From the NCBI RefSeq assembly GCF_009914755.1, contig NC_060935.1: a stretch of 64,000 nt of DNA, one strand, 5' to 3'. The translations under genes were made by a program, and so were the position numbers. A model generated the notes under the pieces. The model had not been told where the DNA came from. It did not search any database and was given only the letters and a program-made list of their open reading frames with translations. Each line of letters opens with the position of its first letter. The first letter of the stretch is position 1. This document shows, one piece after another, positions 24,880 to 38,252 of the stretch. This DNA comes from the human T2T-CHM13v2.0 reference genome, Homo sapiens.

Positions 24880-25080
24880 CTAAGAGTGTGTGGTTAAGAC
24901 CACAGGCTTTGGAGTTGGAAAATACTGAAGTCAAATCCTGATCAAATGTGTGGCCTTAAGCAAGTAACATAACAGTATCATGACTCAGCTTCCATCTCTG
25001 GGAAGTGGTGGAATAATACATGCATTTAAGGATTGTTTAAGGGCTAAATGAGACAATGTACACAAAGAGGAAACACTTCA
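24880..25080 (+). mobile_element. MIR
   Basis: 'gtggttaagaccacaggctttggagttgg...tgtgtggccttaagcaagtaacataac...ctcagcttccatctctg...aaatgagacaatgta'. Confidence 0.75.
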
Positions 25081-28000
25081 TTATACTAGGTATAAAGGGA
25101 GGGCTCCAGAAACGTTGGCTGCCATGGTAGCTGCCAGTGTGAGAATCAACCATAGGTATGGGGCCACTGCTGGTCATCCATCTGCTGACCTAGGAGTAGG
25201 AAGCAAGTTCAGGAAGCTGCTGGTGGCCACGTGCATGTCAAGTTCAACTTGTTATGGCCTGTCTGTTTCATGGGTTTTTGACAATCAGTGGAATAAATGG
25301 ATGAAATATTTAATAGATGTCTCAAAGCACTGTGAAAAGGCTCAGCGCGAAATGGAGCTGATCTCAGTGGTTAGCCTGCCTTTTCTATCTCATCCATGAC
25401 CTCCCTGTTTGCGGATGGTGCCTGAAGTGATAGCCATTGCGCATGCTGCCTTAAATCATGGCAGTCCCTTTGCTCTAGCATTCCCCAGGCTCAGAACCTA
25501 GACAAGAGTACTGACTTTCTTCCTGGACTTGAATGTACCTTCTGTGCCATTTAAACAACATAGTGATCCAGAACAGTGAGTATTAAGTGATCTCTAGATT
25601 TCATTTTATTAATTAAAGCCTCTGTATGCATCCAATTACCTTTCAAATAAGCAGCAAAATTAGAGCTTGACTTTTAGTTATCTTGCTTCTACCTTACACT
25701 CTAGTAACAAGCAAAGCAATATGTAAGAGAAGGGGAAGGAACAACTGAAGAATTAGATGGTTCACAGCCCTGGAATATTGTAGTTGACTGTCAGGTTTAG
25801 TTCATCATTGGTAGTCCTTCTCTTTCATGAAGCCCTCCTTAAATTCCTGTTCTCCTCCAGTCAGCTTCAAGATCTTGTTTCCTCTGAATTTTCATAGTGT
25901 TTCATTGACTTTTTGGTGCCAATTTTTCTTTTATTAAAATTGTTTATGCAAATATTTTACAAGCTCCTTATGGGGAAGGCCTTGTATTAGTTAGTTTTAT
26001 ATCACCCCTAGTATCTAACACTGAGCCTTGTACCTAGTAAGTAAACATTTGTCAACTAAATGGTTACATACTTTGTAACAGTCACAAGAAAGAAATCCAT
26101 ACAATAAAGACTCATTATTATTCTGACCATCAAATGACAACTGTCATTTATTTTTCAGGTATTTATTGGTAACACGGATATTATGATCTTTCAGACTCCT
26201 TTTAAGAATATTTTGATGCCTTAATCCATTCTCCAGACAAAACTCATGACCAAGAGCAGTAAAGAGCTTCCACCATTAATTTTCCCCTCCAAATCTATGA
26301 CAATTTTCTAAGCCTGCATTTGCAAACATATTGTTTCTGTGTTGCACGGTTTCCAAGTGAGCGTAGTTATCATTTAGAATTCTCCCACCTGCTTCCAGAT
26401 GTCAAAGGAGTGGGGGATTGCTCCTGAGAGCTCATCAATTCTGCTTCAGTGGACTCTGTGAGGATGCAGAATGGATAAGTTTGCCTGTAAATTCTCTTTT
26501 GAAATCTTAAATTGTCCACAATCTGTGGCAACTCTTGTTTTATTTGAATATTTTGGGAAAGTGGGATGGCAGTAATTTGAAAGAGAAATTCTGTCCAGCA
26601 TTAGCTGGACATAATAAACCAGCATTGGCCTGTCTGGTGGTAAGCTCTTTTTGGAAGAATAAGCTTGTTTCTGTGAGCACAACAAGGAAATGCGGGTGGT
26701 GAGGACATCCAGGATAAGACAAGTGGTGATTGACAGCCCAGCTGCTGGAGATGGGTAATTGGAAATTCATGGCACATAAATCTCCCAGTACTTATCTTGA
26801 AGCACAGGAAGAGAGGAGATCTGAGCAGGGGAACATTTAGCTCTTTCAAAGGGATCTAATAAGGTAGCAAATCTTTAAGTTCTTCATTTTAACTTTAATT
26901 AAATTATGGTTTTCTGTCTTGGAGAGATAAATGCATGCTGCTTAAGGAGTGACTCTGTGCATAGAAAATGGAAATGTGCAGGACTATTGGAGGAGTTCTT
27001 TGTTTACACAGAATATGCAATCCTTTCCCATGGGTCCCATTCCTTTGGAGAGCAATTGTTTCTTTCTCTTGATGGGTTTCTGGTTTCCCTATGTACAGTC
27101 ACATCTCCTTTATGTGTCTTAGCTTTCTAGTTTCCAAACTAATATTTAAAAAAAGAAGTGTTATTAGATCATTATGAAGTAACAATAATAGCAGCATAAA
27201 GGAAGAGATGTTCTTCCTATTTGTTGAAGTCTCATGCTTTCTGTGCTGGTTTGGGTCTTTGGTTCAGCATCTCTGAGTGGAACGTCACCTTTCATTGTCT
27301 TCTTCATGATAACCCATCATATTAGTAAAGATGGTCGTTAATCAACTTCCAATTTTTTTTCCTCCAGGCCAGGCAACCTGTTCAGCCTAAATAACTAAGA
27401 GTTTTCAATCTCAACAAAGTTGAGTATTTTGAACTTGTCAGCATATGAGTGAGATTAGGACTCTCACTAAACCTGACAGATGGAGCTCCCTGGCTCCTTT
27501 CTGTAAGTTGGATGGATCTGCTGAAGGAATGGTTCTTTTTTTTCAGCCCAGCTTCCACTGCCTCTGCCTCATTGCTGTTGAAGTTCAGAACACTTATCTA
27601 ATCTGAGTGCCCTGTGTGTGTGCAAAGATCTCTTTTTCTGGTTGGCAAAACATTTCATCTGTTGCAATGCCAGAGTTCCTGCTGGTGAGTGGAGCTACAC
27701 AGAAGAGGGGTAGCTTTCTGTGGCTTTGGAGCTTCCATAAGCATCATGCCTAACATCTGGCTGAGGTCTGGAAAGGAAGAAGAGATTGTAGGGGTACACC
27801 AAAGTCCAGAGACAGAAGGAAAAGTACTTATAATGGTGGGGTACAAGATGGATTAATCAAACTGAGCAAATGCATTGAGCTTTGGAAGTGCTGAGCACTT
27901 GTATTAGGCATCCTGGAAGTACCCAAGAAAGACAAGATTTGCTTCCTGATGACCTGGAGTCAGGAAATTCACATTATCATCTGAGCTCTTCCAAGAGCCA

Positions 28001-29139
28001 ATCTAGTTACCTGGGTTGGACTAGATCTTAAAGGTAAGATGAAAGAGTTAGTCTAGATAATAGGTGCAGTAAAGACAAAGATGACATAGACTTTCTTGCC
28101 CTTTCCAAAGGCCATTAAGGCTGCTTTATGCTTCTAATGTGTGCAGTATGTGTTTTCTCACTCCATGCTCCTTGCTGTGCACAGAGGAGGAAGACAATAA
28201 ATACATATGAATTGACTGATCCGATGTCGAGCAAGGTAACAACAGAGGGGTGGGTCACAGAGAATGGGTGAAGACTTATATTTGACAATCACAGCAGGAA
28301 ACCTTTAGTAGAAGTGATTATCAAGCTTTTACAACTATGTCTCATATCTTAAAAAGCACTGTAATTAATATATGTCTCTTCAGTGAAGGAAACAAAAAGC
28401 CATATCTTCATTTAAACAACATCAGTAGCAGCTGTCAGTACTACCAATATAGGTTTTGCAAAAGAAGCTTCCGGGTTCACTAGTAGGTTAAGTTCACTTT
28501 TGTCATCCTGAAGATTTGTTATGAATTGTAAAGCCTTCCATGGCCCCCATAGCTCCAGAAAGAAATCTATCTCTTCAGCAGGGCACATTCTGACTTTCAC
28601 AAACTGACATTAACCTTTCTTTTTCCTCCTCATCTCATACATTCAACAGACATTATTAACTAAATCTCTGTGCCAGGTATTGATGCTAGATGCTCATGAT
28701 TCAAAATGAGTAAGTCTCCTGTTGTCAAAGAGTGTGCATCCTAACAATTGGGGGAATCATGAAACCAATTAACACAATTAAGTGCATATGTGTTACAAGA
28801 GGAATTTCAACAGGGTACAAATGTAGGCCATAGACATGTCATGCACTTACATGTCATTATTCGTTGGCTCATTATATTTCCTGTGCTCAAGATTTTGTTT
28901 TTGCCAGGTCTTACAGCAAAGCACAGCCCTTCAATCAAATTCATGCTCTGAGGTCACTTTCATGGGCTGTTTCCATTTATGTTCCTGTGAGAGTTTGGGT
29001 GTGCATTTATCATGTTACTGTGTCTGTGTTTTCTGCTAGACCATGAGAACTTCAAAGGCTGGGGCTTTGTCTTACACACTTTTGTAACAAGTAGGTGCTC
29101 ACTGAAACTTTACAGGAAGGCAGATAGGCTGTTATGTCA

Positions 29140-29470
29140 GACTGCAATTACTGTTTCCTCTGTCTGGAATACTTTTTCAGCAGATCTTTTAATTAATGAC
29201 TTGCTTTCAGAGAGGCCTTCCTTAACAATCTTATCTAAAATAGACCCTTCTCTTTGTCTAAGTCTCTCTTGATCAGTTTGTCAAGGTATGCTGTCTTCAT
29301 GGCATATGTCGCTATGTGAAATTTCATATTTGTTTTTGTCTGTTGCCACTAAATGCAAGCCCCCTGAGTAGAGATATTGTCTGTCTCATTCACTGCTGTA
29401 TTAGCTGCAGCTAGAATAGCACATGGCTCATAGTAAAAAACCTTCAGTATATATTTGTCAAATACATGCA
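29140..29470 (+). mobile_element. L2 3' end
   Basis: 'tcagagaggccttccttaacaatcttatctaaaatag...gtctgtctcattcactgctgtattagctgcagctagaatagcacatggctcatagta'. Confidence 0.7.
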
Positions 29471-32400
29471 TGACATTTAGTTTCTGGTATTTCCGGTCTA
29501 ACACACCTTTATATTATTTTAAAAAATGAGCTCTTCAAAGTTTTTCATAGTGTTTTCTTCTCTCTCTGGGATTGTTTCGTTGTTCTGGTACCTTGAAGAT
29601 AATGGCAGCAGGGTGGCATTTAACTTCTTCCACATTTGGCTTGGTGCCACTGACCTTTCATGGAGTTTTTCTCAGCAGATGCTGCACAGAAAATGAGCTC
29701 TTTCTCAATTATGGGGGCCTGAGGCCTCTCCTCATGTGCTTTTGGTGACGGGCAGCATGGGGTCAGACTTTGGCTTCTGATCTCCTCTTTCTCAGCTGTT
29801 TGTCTTCATCTAGATAGTCAGCTGGGCTACACTCACATAGGGGTTACATTTGAAAGGGAAGAGAGCCCAGTTGGTTTTTCTCTTCTTCATGATTGCTGAC
29901 ATTTCCAAATGTAGTAAGGACATACAGTTGAAGGAAGAGGATAGATAGGTGGCGAAAAAGAAAGGGCACTACAGTGGATAAGCTTGTGATTGGGAAGCCC
30001 TAGAGCTTCCACCACTTGAGTGCAGAGGGCCCTGCTCACTGGGATGGAGGTGGCTGGGGCAGCATTTCTCTCCCTTCCTCTGTAGGATCTGCTGCCCCTT
30101 CCGTTAGGAGGGAGGGGGATGGAACAGAATGCCTTATTTCTGGGCCCATAGCTCTCTGTCAACAAGTCACCTTTACACTTTGATTATCCTTTTCTATGTT
30201 GTCTGGGGAATGGCAAATGGGGGCAGAGCCAGCTTTGCTAGATGACAAGTGCAGCACCACTCTTTATTGGGGACACTTATACCCATTAGTCTCAACTTTG
30301 GGGATCACAACAGCCAGTTACATTATTATTATTGTTCCTTTATTCTGAGTGAGCTTGCAATTTGTTTCACAGTTATTCCAGGGGAATAGAGGGTCTCAAT
30401 TATTGAAGGATCAAATGTCCAAACTAGATCATCTTGTGTGCCTCATAGTGGGTCTAGAGTGTTGTTGCTGTTGTTTGTTGTTTGTTTAGGTGCAACTGTA
30501 AGCACAAGAATCCATACGATTCCTCACCTCTTTCCAAAGGGCTTTGAGGGGCCCTGAATCATTCGGTATACAACCTAACTCTTCAGAATGTCCCAGAATT
30601 CTACTGACATCATACTAATGAAAGGGCAAGGAAGGGGTTAACTGCTGAAACTCTGCTTCAGGGATGAAAATGTGTATGCATACATGCATGCAGATACACA
30701 CACACACACTCACACACACATATACATTCACATGGTAAATATGTATATACATACTCATGGTTATGGTATATGACCTACTCCACCATAAGGAGCACATGGT
30801 TGCCTTGTTTTGATTGGAGATTATTAGTGTAGGTGCTAGAAATGGCCTAAGAAAAGATGTAAAGTATTTCTTTGTAATGTTTTAAAATACTGCTAGGTAA
30901 TAATATTCAAACCTCCCGGTGGTTTTACATTACAGAAACCGAAGTTCTAAGGAAAAAATAGGCTTTTTTTTTCTGTAACATGGCTACATAATGAGCTAGA
31001 CTAGCATTTAGTCAGCTGAAAAACTGGCAGTTTATTGTGTCGATATAAATTGTAATTATCTACCTTTCCTTTTTTTCTCATGTTAAGCTTGCCATTCAAA
31101 AGGTTGTTTTATTTCCTAATTTTTTTTTTCTTTCAGCCTTGGCACCATTTATTTGTATATTAAGTTTAATTTAGGGAAAAGAAGAAAAAATTGCTAAAAC
31201 CCATTGGTAGAAATCACCCATTTGTGGAATATTATCTAACCTCTATAGTGGCATAGAAGGCGATGCATTTACAAACAGTCTCTGCATTTATAAACATTTT
31301 TTTTTCATACTGGCAGAAAAATCCAAACAGAACTCATAGTCCTACTTTGAATGAGAAGTACTCTCAATTTGGAATTATTATAATCACTGTTTTTATTAAT
31401 CATTTAACAATTGTATGGTGTTGATTAATTTTCTGGTAGTGTTATGTTAATAAGATTTCAAGGAAGGGAAATAAGTCATTTCATGTATGTGGGTTTAGTT
31501 TAATTTTATTCACCAAAATGGTATTTACTTAATAACAACTGTGGAAATAAGCACAGATTCAGGCTTTGTCATCTTCTATTTTAGTGCATAGCTAATGAAC
31601 AGAGCGGGTGCCTGTGGAAAAATAGGTTGGTAGCACTATTCAGGGTATGAGTCACAGGGGCCTGCTCCGACCTCATTAGAGTTTTTTGCGGTGTGAATCA
31701 AAGATGTTTAGCATCTACCGAAGTAGGCACTAAATAGTGATGTATCCATGGATGTTTGGTTGATACAATTAATGAGGAGGGTTGAAAGCCTCTGTACAAT
31801 TTTACAGTTTTAAATCTGTGCTCATTCATAAACTCAAGGAAAACTTTTAATTTTTCCAAAATTTCCTTGGGAAACCATTTTCCCAAGGAATTTATTTTTA
31901 AATTTGGAGGTACCATTTAGGATCGCTTTATTGGCACTAGTTTTTAAATTTTGTTGCATTGCTTCTCTTCCATTTCCCCTCTATTGCACATGATAAGCGT
32001 TATTTTCTCATTTGTCAGGAAGGAAATTCCCATCACAATATCTAGCAGCTCTTGAGGCTGTGAATGTCTTATAATTTTAGAAGGTTCAGATCAGAAAACA
32101 TACAGTTTCTGACTCTTAAAAGTACAACCTAGATATGTAACACATTGAAAGACTGACTAATCCAGTCTTGATCACTTAAGGATTTGAGGAGTCGAGTCCT
32201 GCACTTTCAACCAAGTGGCAGGCATTGCTTCAGTATTTAGCTCTTCTTGAGTCTAGAAGGTCTTTGAGATTCTGGCCATAAAAATGAACTTAAGAGCAAT
32301 AAATGTATTGTTGTAGCTTAAAGTTCCAGGAGCACAGCTTAGGTGCTGAACTATCTTTTAAATTTTTTCCTTTGTGAAATGTTTGTAGCTTGGGATGGCT

Positions 32401-33974
32401 AGTCAGAGGAACAATGGTGTTATAAAAGAGGTGGGTTAGATTCGCCTCACCACCTGATCATTTCATTTTGGATGAAAATTTAGCAGCTGACATTGCAAAC
32501 CTTGAGAAAGTGTTGACTGCCTATTCAAATGTAGTTTAGAGGGTTTTAGATTCTGATAGTAATAAGTGCAGAACCTTTTTTTCGCAATTGTGTGGTTACA
32601 AAAAGATTTCAGTTGATGGCCCATGAGATTTGACAACATATTCTGTTTGATATTTTAACGGTTTGAAAAAGGAGTTTTAGAATATGTATCTGGAAACTGT
32701 GTAATGCAGTTTTCAATCTACTGTGTAACCTTTCCATTACAAGACTTTTTCCCTCTTAATCCTGTCCAGTGGATTTCTGGTCCTCTGAGGAGTGTGCCTC
32801 AGTACACCTCTCCATGAGTGCTTAGGAAGGGCTTTAGGTGGCTCCTTTGTGGCCTCCAGCTTTCATTCTGCATAATGCATCAGGGTTCCTCCTGGGTCTG
32901 CATCTTACTTCCTGGAGTGGTTTCTCTGGGAAGTAATTGACTCAATGTATTGCTTCTTAGTCTTCCCCTTGCTCTTTATGGCAGGGTCTGATTGATACAG
33001 GTATAAACATCAGGGCTAGCAGCTGCTTTACAGTTTCAGGGAGGGATAACTGATGAAGACTTGTCCATTAGTTGGGAGTTGGGAAAGCCCCTGTTTTGGT
33101 AGCAGTGTGGTCATCTCCTCTGGAATGAATACTCATCCTTCCTCTCACAGAATCTCCTCTTGCTTGAGTTTATTGGCATTCATGTGATTTGCATGACAAA
33201 TTTCGGTCTAATAGCTTATACTCAAACCACCTCTGCAGTTGTCTGTCAGTTGTTTGTAGATGTGAAGAGGCAAAAATGACTGGTCTCTGGGTCCTGTTCT
33301 AACTGGAAGGGCATTCTTTGATGTGTGAAAGTTAAGAGGACAACTTACACCTGGAATTCACGAAACTAGATCCTGCATTGACCTGGAGGAGGTGAGGTGA
33401 GACAGGGCACAAATGAAGCACAGGCATGGGGTCCAAGAATAAATGGGGAGCTGGTGGTAAGCAGGTGTGAGGTCTGGATTGTGGACCATCCTATGGGTCC
33501 TTTTGGGAGGGACAGTTGCATCATGCTGGGTGAGGATGATCCTTTAAATGGGTCAGACCAACCCAGGCATGAAAACTAAATGCTAAATTCTTTCTGAATT
33601 CAATTCTGGACCAGAACAAGGACATAAATGAGACCTGCTGGATATGTCTCCTTAATAGACATTTGTAACAAAAGTCACCCATTTGCTTCAAAGTTCTCTC
33701 ATTATAAGCCATAGTTGCTGTTGGGAAGCTGATGCCATTTCTCAGTCCTCTCTTTGCTTCTGCCCTCCCCTTTGTTGCAGTAGATCTGCTGAAGAATCTT
33801 GAAATGCCAGCAGAAGGTTGAAAGGGAAGACCTTGGAGTTTTCACATTCTCAAAAAATAGGTGGCACTGAGAGGTCTTATTTTATAGATAAACCAGCTAT
33901 GTTGGTTTCAGAGTAATTCAATTTTCATAGTTGTTTTTCTTTTAAAAGTCCCTATTCTAGAAGGTACACACCCT

Positions 33975-34740
33975 CCTTACCGTAGAATTCTAGTTAATAA
34001 ATGTAGAAGAAAAGATGGGAAATGGAAAAGCACCATTTGGTAAACACCACGGCAATAATTGTTGCAAGCAAGAATCATCAATGGATGCTGAAAATAGTAG
34101 GTGAAAAGTATGATGAAACAGGATATTTACTTAGTCCCAAAGTATCTCCCCACAAGAAATTTATAAGCTAAAAGGAGAAAATAGTGGTTTTAAGGTGGAA
34201 AACCTAGCAAACACCAGCTTAAACAAGTGATCAAAGTTAGTATCATCAGCACTAATACATATCAATATTGTATACCTCTTGATATGATACAGGTGAAAGA
34301 ACATCACTTCTATGGTATTCGTCCCAAAATGCACACCACAAACTAATAGTGAGGTGATATCAGATAAACCCAAATAGAAAGTCAGTCTGCAAAATTGCCA
34401 GCTAATACTCTTCAAATGTCAAGGTCACGGAAGACAAAGACAGACTAAGGAAATGTCCCGGATTGGAGGGGACTTAGTAGAAATGGCATCTAAATTCAGT
34501 GTGAGTTCCTGAATTGAATTCTAGACCAGCAGAAGGACATAAATGGAACAATTGGTAAAATTGAGTAGTCTGTTAACTAGTTAAGATTATAGTATCAATG
34601 TTAATTTCCTATCATTGTTATGTAGTTACGTAAAATGTTAATATCTGGAAAAGCTGAGTAAAGGGTATGTGGAAACTCTTTGAACAAATTTTTCAACTTT
34701 CAGTTTTTTTTGTAAATTTGAAATTATTTTTAAAAAGCAA
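33975..34740 (+). mobile_element. Old L1 3' UTR (L1MC-like)
   Basis: 'gtggaaaacctagcaaacaccagcttaaacaagtgatcaaagttag', 'gtcaaggtcacggaagacaaagacagactaagga' and 'gtatcaatgttaatttcct'. Confidence 0.8.
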
Positions 34741-34980
34741 ATGTCTTTTTAGGAGATATTATGCTTTATTGAATTAATGGATTCATTAACTCCTTCATGC
34801 CCTGTCTATGTATAGCTAGTTACCCTTCTAAGAAAATGAAAGCCTGTGATAGATTTCCCTTTGCTGGTATCATTTTACTTCAATATTTAGACTAAATGTT
34901 TTTAGCTTCTCTAGGTGACTATCTCCTCCCATTACTACCAATGAGAAAATATATTCACAAATCTACTGTGGAATACTGGG

Positions 34981-35027
34981 GGTGCTCTTAGTAGAGTCCA
35001 TAGTGGTGCTCTTAGTAGAGTCCTAGT
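34981..35027. repeat. ~24-bp tandem duplication
   Basis: ggtgctcttagtagagtcc(a)tagt x2. Confidence 0.9.
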
Positions 35028-35088
35028 GAAAGTAGAGGCCTATTTACTGTAAAGTTTTTGTAGCTTCAGTTTTAGTACCCTTCCCCCC

Positions 35089-35455
35089 ATGAGCTTTTTC
35101 CAAGGCTCTCCACTTTATATATATATAAACTTATATATATATTTATATTATATATGTTATATATATTTATATTATATATGTTATATATATTTATATTATA
35201 TATGTTATATATATTTATATTATATATTATATATATTTATATTATATATATTATATATTTATATTATATATTTATATTATATTTATATTATATATATTAT
35301 ATATATTATATATATATAAAGTGGAGAGCCTTGGAAGAGCCTTGGAAGAGGCTCATAAATATATATATTTATATATTATATATATATTTATATATAAATA
35401 TATATAAATATATATATATATAAATTATATATATATAAATTATATATATATAAAT
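35089..35455. repeat. AT-rich minisatellite bracketed by a 31-bp perfect inverted repeat
   Basis: 35098-35128 is the exact reverse complement of 35306-35336; interior has a 24-bp unit (atatatatttatattatatatgtt) about 3 times plus degenerate TA. Confidence 0.95.
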
Positions 35456-35748
35456 TTGAGATGAGTCTTGCTCTATTGCCCTTGCACTGCTGGAAGGCAG
35501 TGGTGTGATCATAGCTCACTGCATTTTCAGATTCCTGGGCTTAAGTGATTCTGCCTCCTTAGCCTCCTGAGTAGCTGGGACTACAGACCTGTGCCACCAT
35601 GTCCGGCTATTTTTTTTTTAATTTTATTTGTAGTAGAGACAGTTTCTCTATGTTGCCCAGGCTGATCTCCAACTCTTGGGGTCAAGTTATCCTCCAACCT
35701 CAGCCTCCCAAAGTGCTGAGATTACAGACATGAGCCACTGTGCCTGGC
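35455..35748 (-). mobile_element. AluJ-like element
   Basis: 'tttgagatgagtcttgctct...gatcatagctcactgca...gagccactgtgcctggc'; TSD-like tctccacttta (35107-35117) and tttccacttaa (35749-35759). Confidence 0.9.
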
Positions 35749-37659
35749 TTTCCACTTAAGTATGAATTCATAAAGTTATATACTTAAAGGGAGTCCTCCA
35801 CATGGAATCAGCTTCAGGCCCCCACCCCCACCCCATACCTGGATCTGTTCCTGCTTAATGGGAATACTTTGCCTGAGGCAGTTCCATACAAGATAACACA
35901 GCCCGTTTACATCCTGGCTCATTTTCAAAACAGCACAGAAGAAAACAACATCATGTTGAAGCTGGAATAGAATATTTCAAAAGTTTTCCTTTGTTTAATT
36001 TGGCTCACTACCTGGCTAGGCAGACATGCAATCAAATGAAACAAAAGTAAATGCAAATGGAAAGCATTCTTGTATGCAGACTGAAATTGAGCACATTTAG
36101 TCAGAAGATCAGATTTGCCTCATCCACAAGATCACTGTCCAGAGGAATACCCTTTGGTTACTTGGAAGTGTCATTGCTTAGACTTTGCCTTGAAGCTGCA
36201 GCTGTAAACAGCATCTAATACTTGGAACCATTGCTCCCAGCCCCTGCCACCAGTTCATCCCGCTTCATTGTATCTCTCAGATAAGCTCACAGCCCAAGGT
36301 TCTTCAACCTTGTACAAGACCTCACAAGAAGAGGCAAATTTTGCATATGTAGAAATCTGTGTTAAATAAAATACAGGATCAAGCCAAGGAGCATGAAATT
36401 TGGAGTTGGTGCTGACAGCCCCTCATTCCTGTCACTTATTAATTTTATTTCCCTCCTCAGCTTGTGTCATTGCCTAAAAATTATTTAAACACAGGTTTTC
36501 ATATGCTGTGATTTAACTCTTTATAACCTTTAGTACCACATGGGAATTAGTAATCTCTTTCTTTATGAACATTTTTATTGAGCTTATTCTTATGGAAATT
36601 TGATCTTTAGTAATTTTATCAGAGGGATTTTTTTTTTCTTTTAACCAGATGTAAACCTAGCTCTAGTAGCCCTGAACTTAACAGCAACATTTTTTCCTGG
36701 TCACACAATTCTGAAATCAGAGGATTAGTAGTACAATATAAGAAACATGGCACTCACTTTGAAGTTGTCTTCCAGGTTTTCACAGGAGTGTGTGTGTATG
36801 TGAGTGTGTGTGCATGTGCCACATGAATGCGTGTGCTTTTTGGAAAGTTTTATTGCCATCTCTTTCTTTCACAGGTTGTTTGATTATCTGTGTTTTCAGA
36901 GTAAGCAGAGAACAGAATGTAGAAGTTGTTTGAAATTACAAATTAAACTAGTTGCACTAGGAATAAAATATTAGTGAATGAAGAGTTTGTTGGGAAAGCC
37001 TCACATGAGAATGGTTTCTTTTTTTAATTAATGAAATGCTGAAATATACCAATACTGCTTTGGATGTTGTTTTATCTCTGGGCTATGAAGAAAACCAGTT
37101 GTTTGATTGTGAAATGAAATCAAAACCAGAGAAAAAAATACTATTTTTAAGGAAGACTTACTATGAAAGTTATTGTGCAAACTAAGTCCTGTTTACCACA
37201 GGTTAGCTAACATGTATATGAGTCAATCATTTGCCAAAACACTAGAATTGTGTTATGAAGAACCTAGCAATCATTAGAGCCCCTTGTGAGTTAAGCCCAG
37301 AAAACCTCATGTGTGGAACAGCCCTCTGGTCATCAAATATCTGAGGATACAGAAGAGATTATTTAATTGACTTCAAAACTTTATTAGACCTAATGTTCTT
37401 AAATATGTTCAGCCAAGTCATGCCCTCTGTATCCTTTCTTAATGTCTTAAATGTGTGTGGCTTCTCTGCCCCACCCTCCCAATTTGGCTGTCAGTCTACA
37501 AAGGAAATAAAAAAAAAATAGCAGACCCAGTTTCCAGGCTGTTTTGTTTTATGGAGATGCTAAAAGGCAGCTTATTTCATATTGATCATACCAGGGAACT
37601 AGCCAAGTATGGTGTTAATTGGGTCCTCTGGAATTCTACGCCCCCGGGACCAAAAGCTT

Positions 37660-38036
37660 TCTAGTAAGGAGGGGAATAAACCCACAGGCTGCATAAAAAT
37701 GAAATCCAGGAGCCCACCATGTCCCGATTGCTGATTACTGGTGATTTGGCCAGCTCGTTTTGTATCCAGTTGCTTATTTCAATTAGCTTGTTTTGTGTTA
37801 TGTTTCCCCACACCCCCCTTTCCTGCAAAGCTGTGAAGCCTTGTTTTGAAAACTGCTGCCCCAGAGTGCACCGGCTTGGCGGTCCTGTCCTCATTGTTCT
37901 AATGCTCATTCCATATGTGGGTCACATCCTAGAGCTCTCCCCCCAGCCCTCCCCCTCACTTCTCCAGCCATCTCTCCTTCCCTTCCCTGTCCATACATTG
38001 GTGCTTGCACTCTCGCACTCTTTTACACACACGCAT

Positions 38037-38070
<34 letters not shown>

Positions 38071-38090
38071 TTCTCCTAAGAGGCAGAGGT
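37660..38090 (+). promoter_or_regulatory. Candidate CpG-poor alternative promoter or first exon
   Basis: Repeat-free block with C-rich tracts (ctctccccccagccctccccctcac), (CA)n at 38025-38068 and possible donor GAG|GTAGGG at 38089, directly upstream of a well-defined exon-like segment. Inference only. Confidence 0.35.
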
Positions 38091-38252
38091 AGGGCAGATT
38101 CTTCAGGAGCTTGCAAGTAGGATCGTTCAAACTTAAAACGCTGGTTGCTGTGCATTTAGTTTATGGCAAACACTTCACCTTCGGGAAAGTAATTATTCTG
38201 CTCCTCTCCCTGTTTCTTTCCCACCCCTTCCCTTTTCTCCTCTCTTCTTCAG

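Noticed and set aside
35089-35423. Tyr/Ile-rich ORFs
   Set aside because: Translation of the TA minisatellite.
37719-38120. 133-aa ORF upstream of the exon-like segment
   Set aside because: It runs through the (CA)n (HTHT...) and has no recognisable domain, so it is consistent with a chance ORF.
38189-38252. 64-nt intron from AAA|GTAATT to the 38252 acceptor
   Set aside because: Weak donor, and the length is at or below the practical minimum for human introns.
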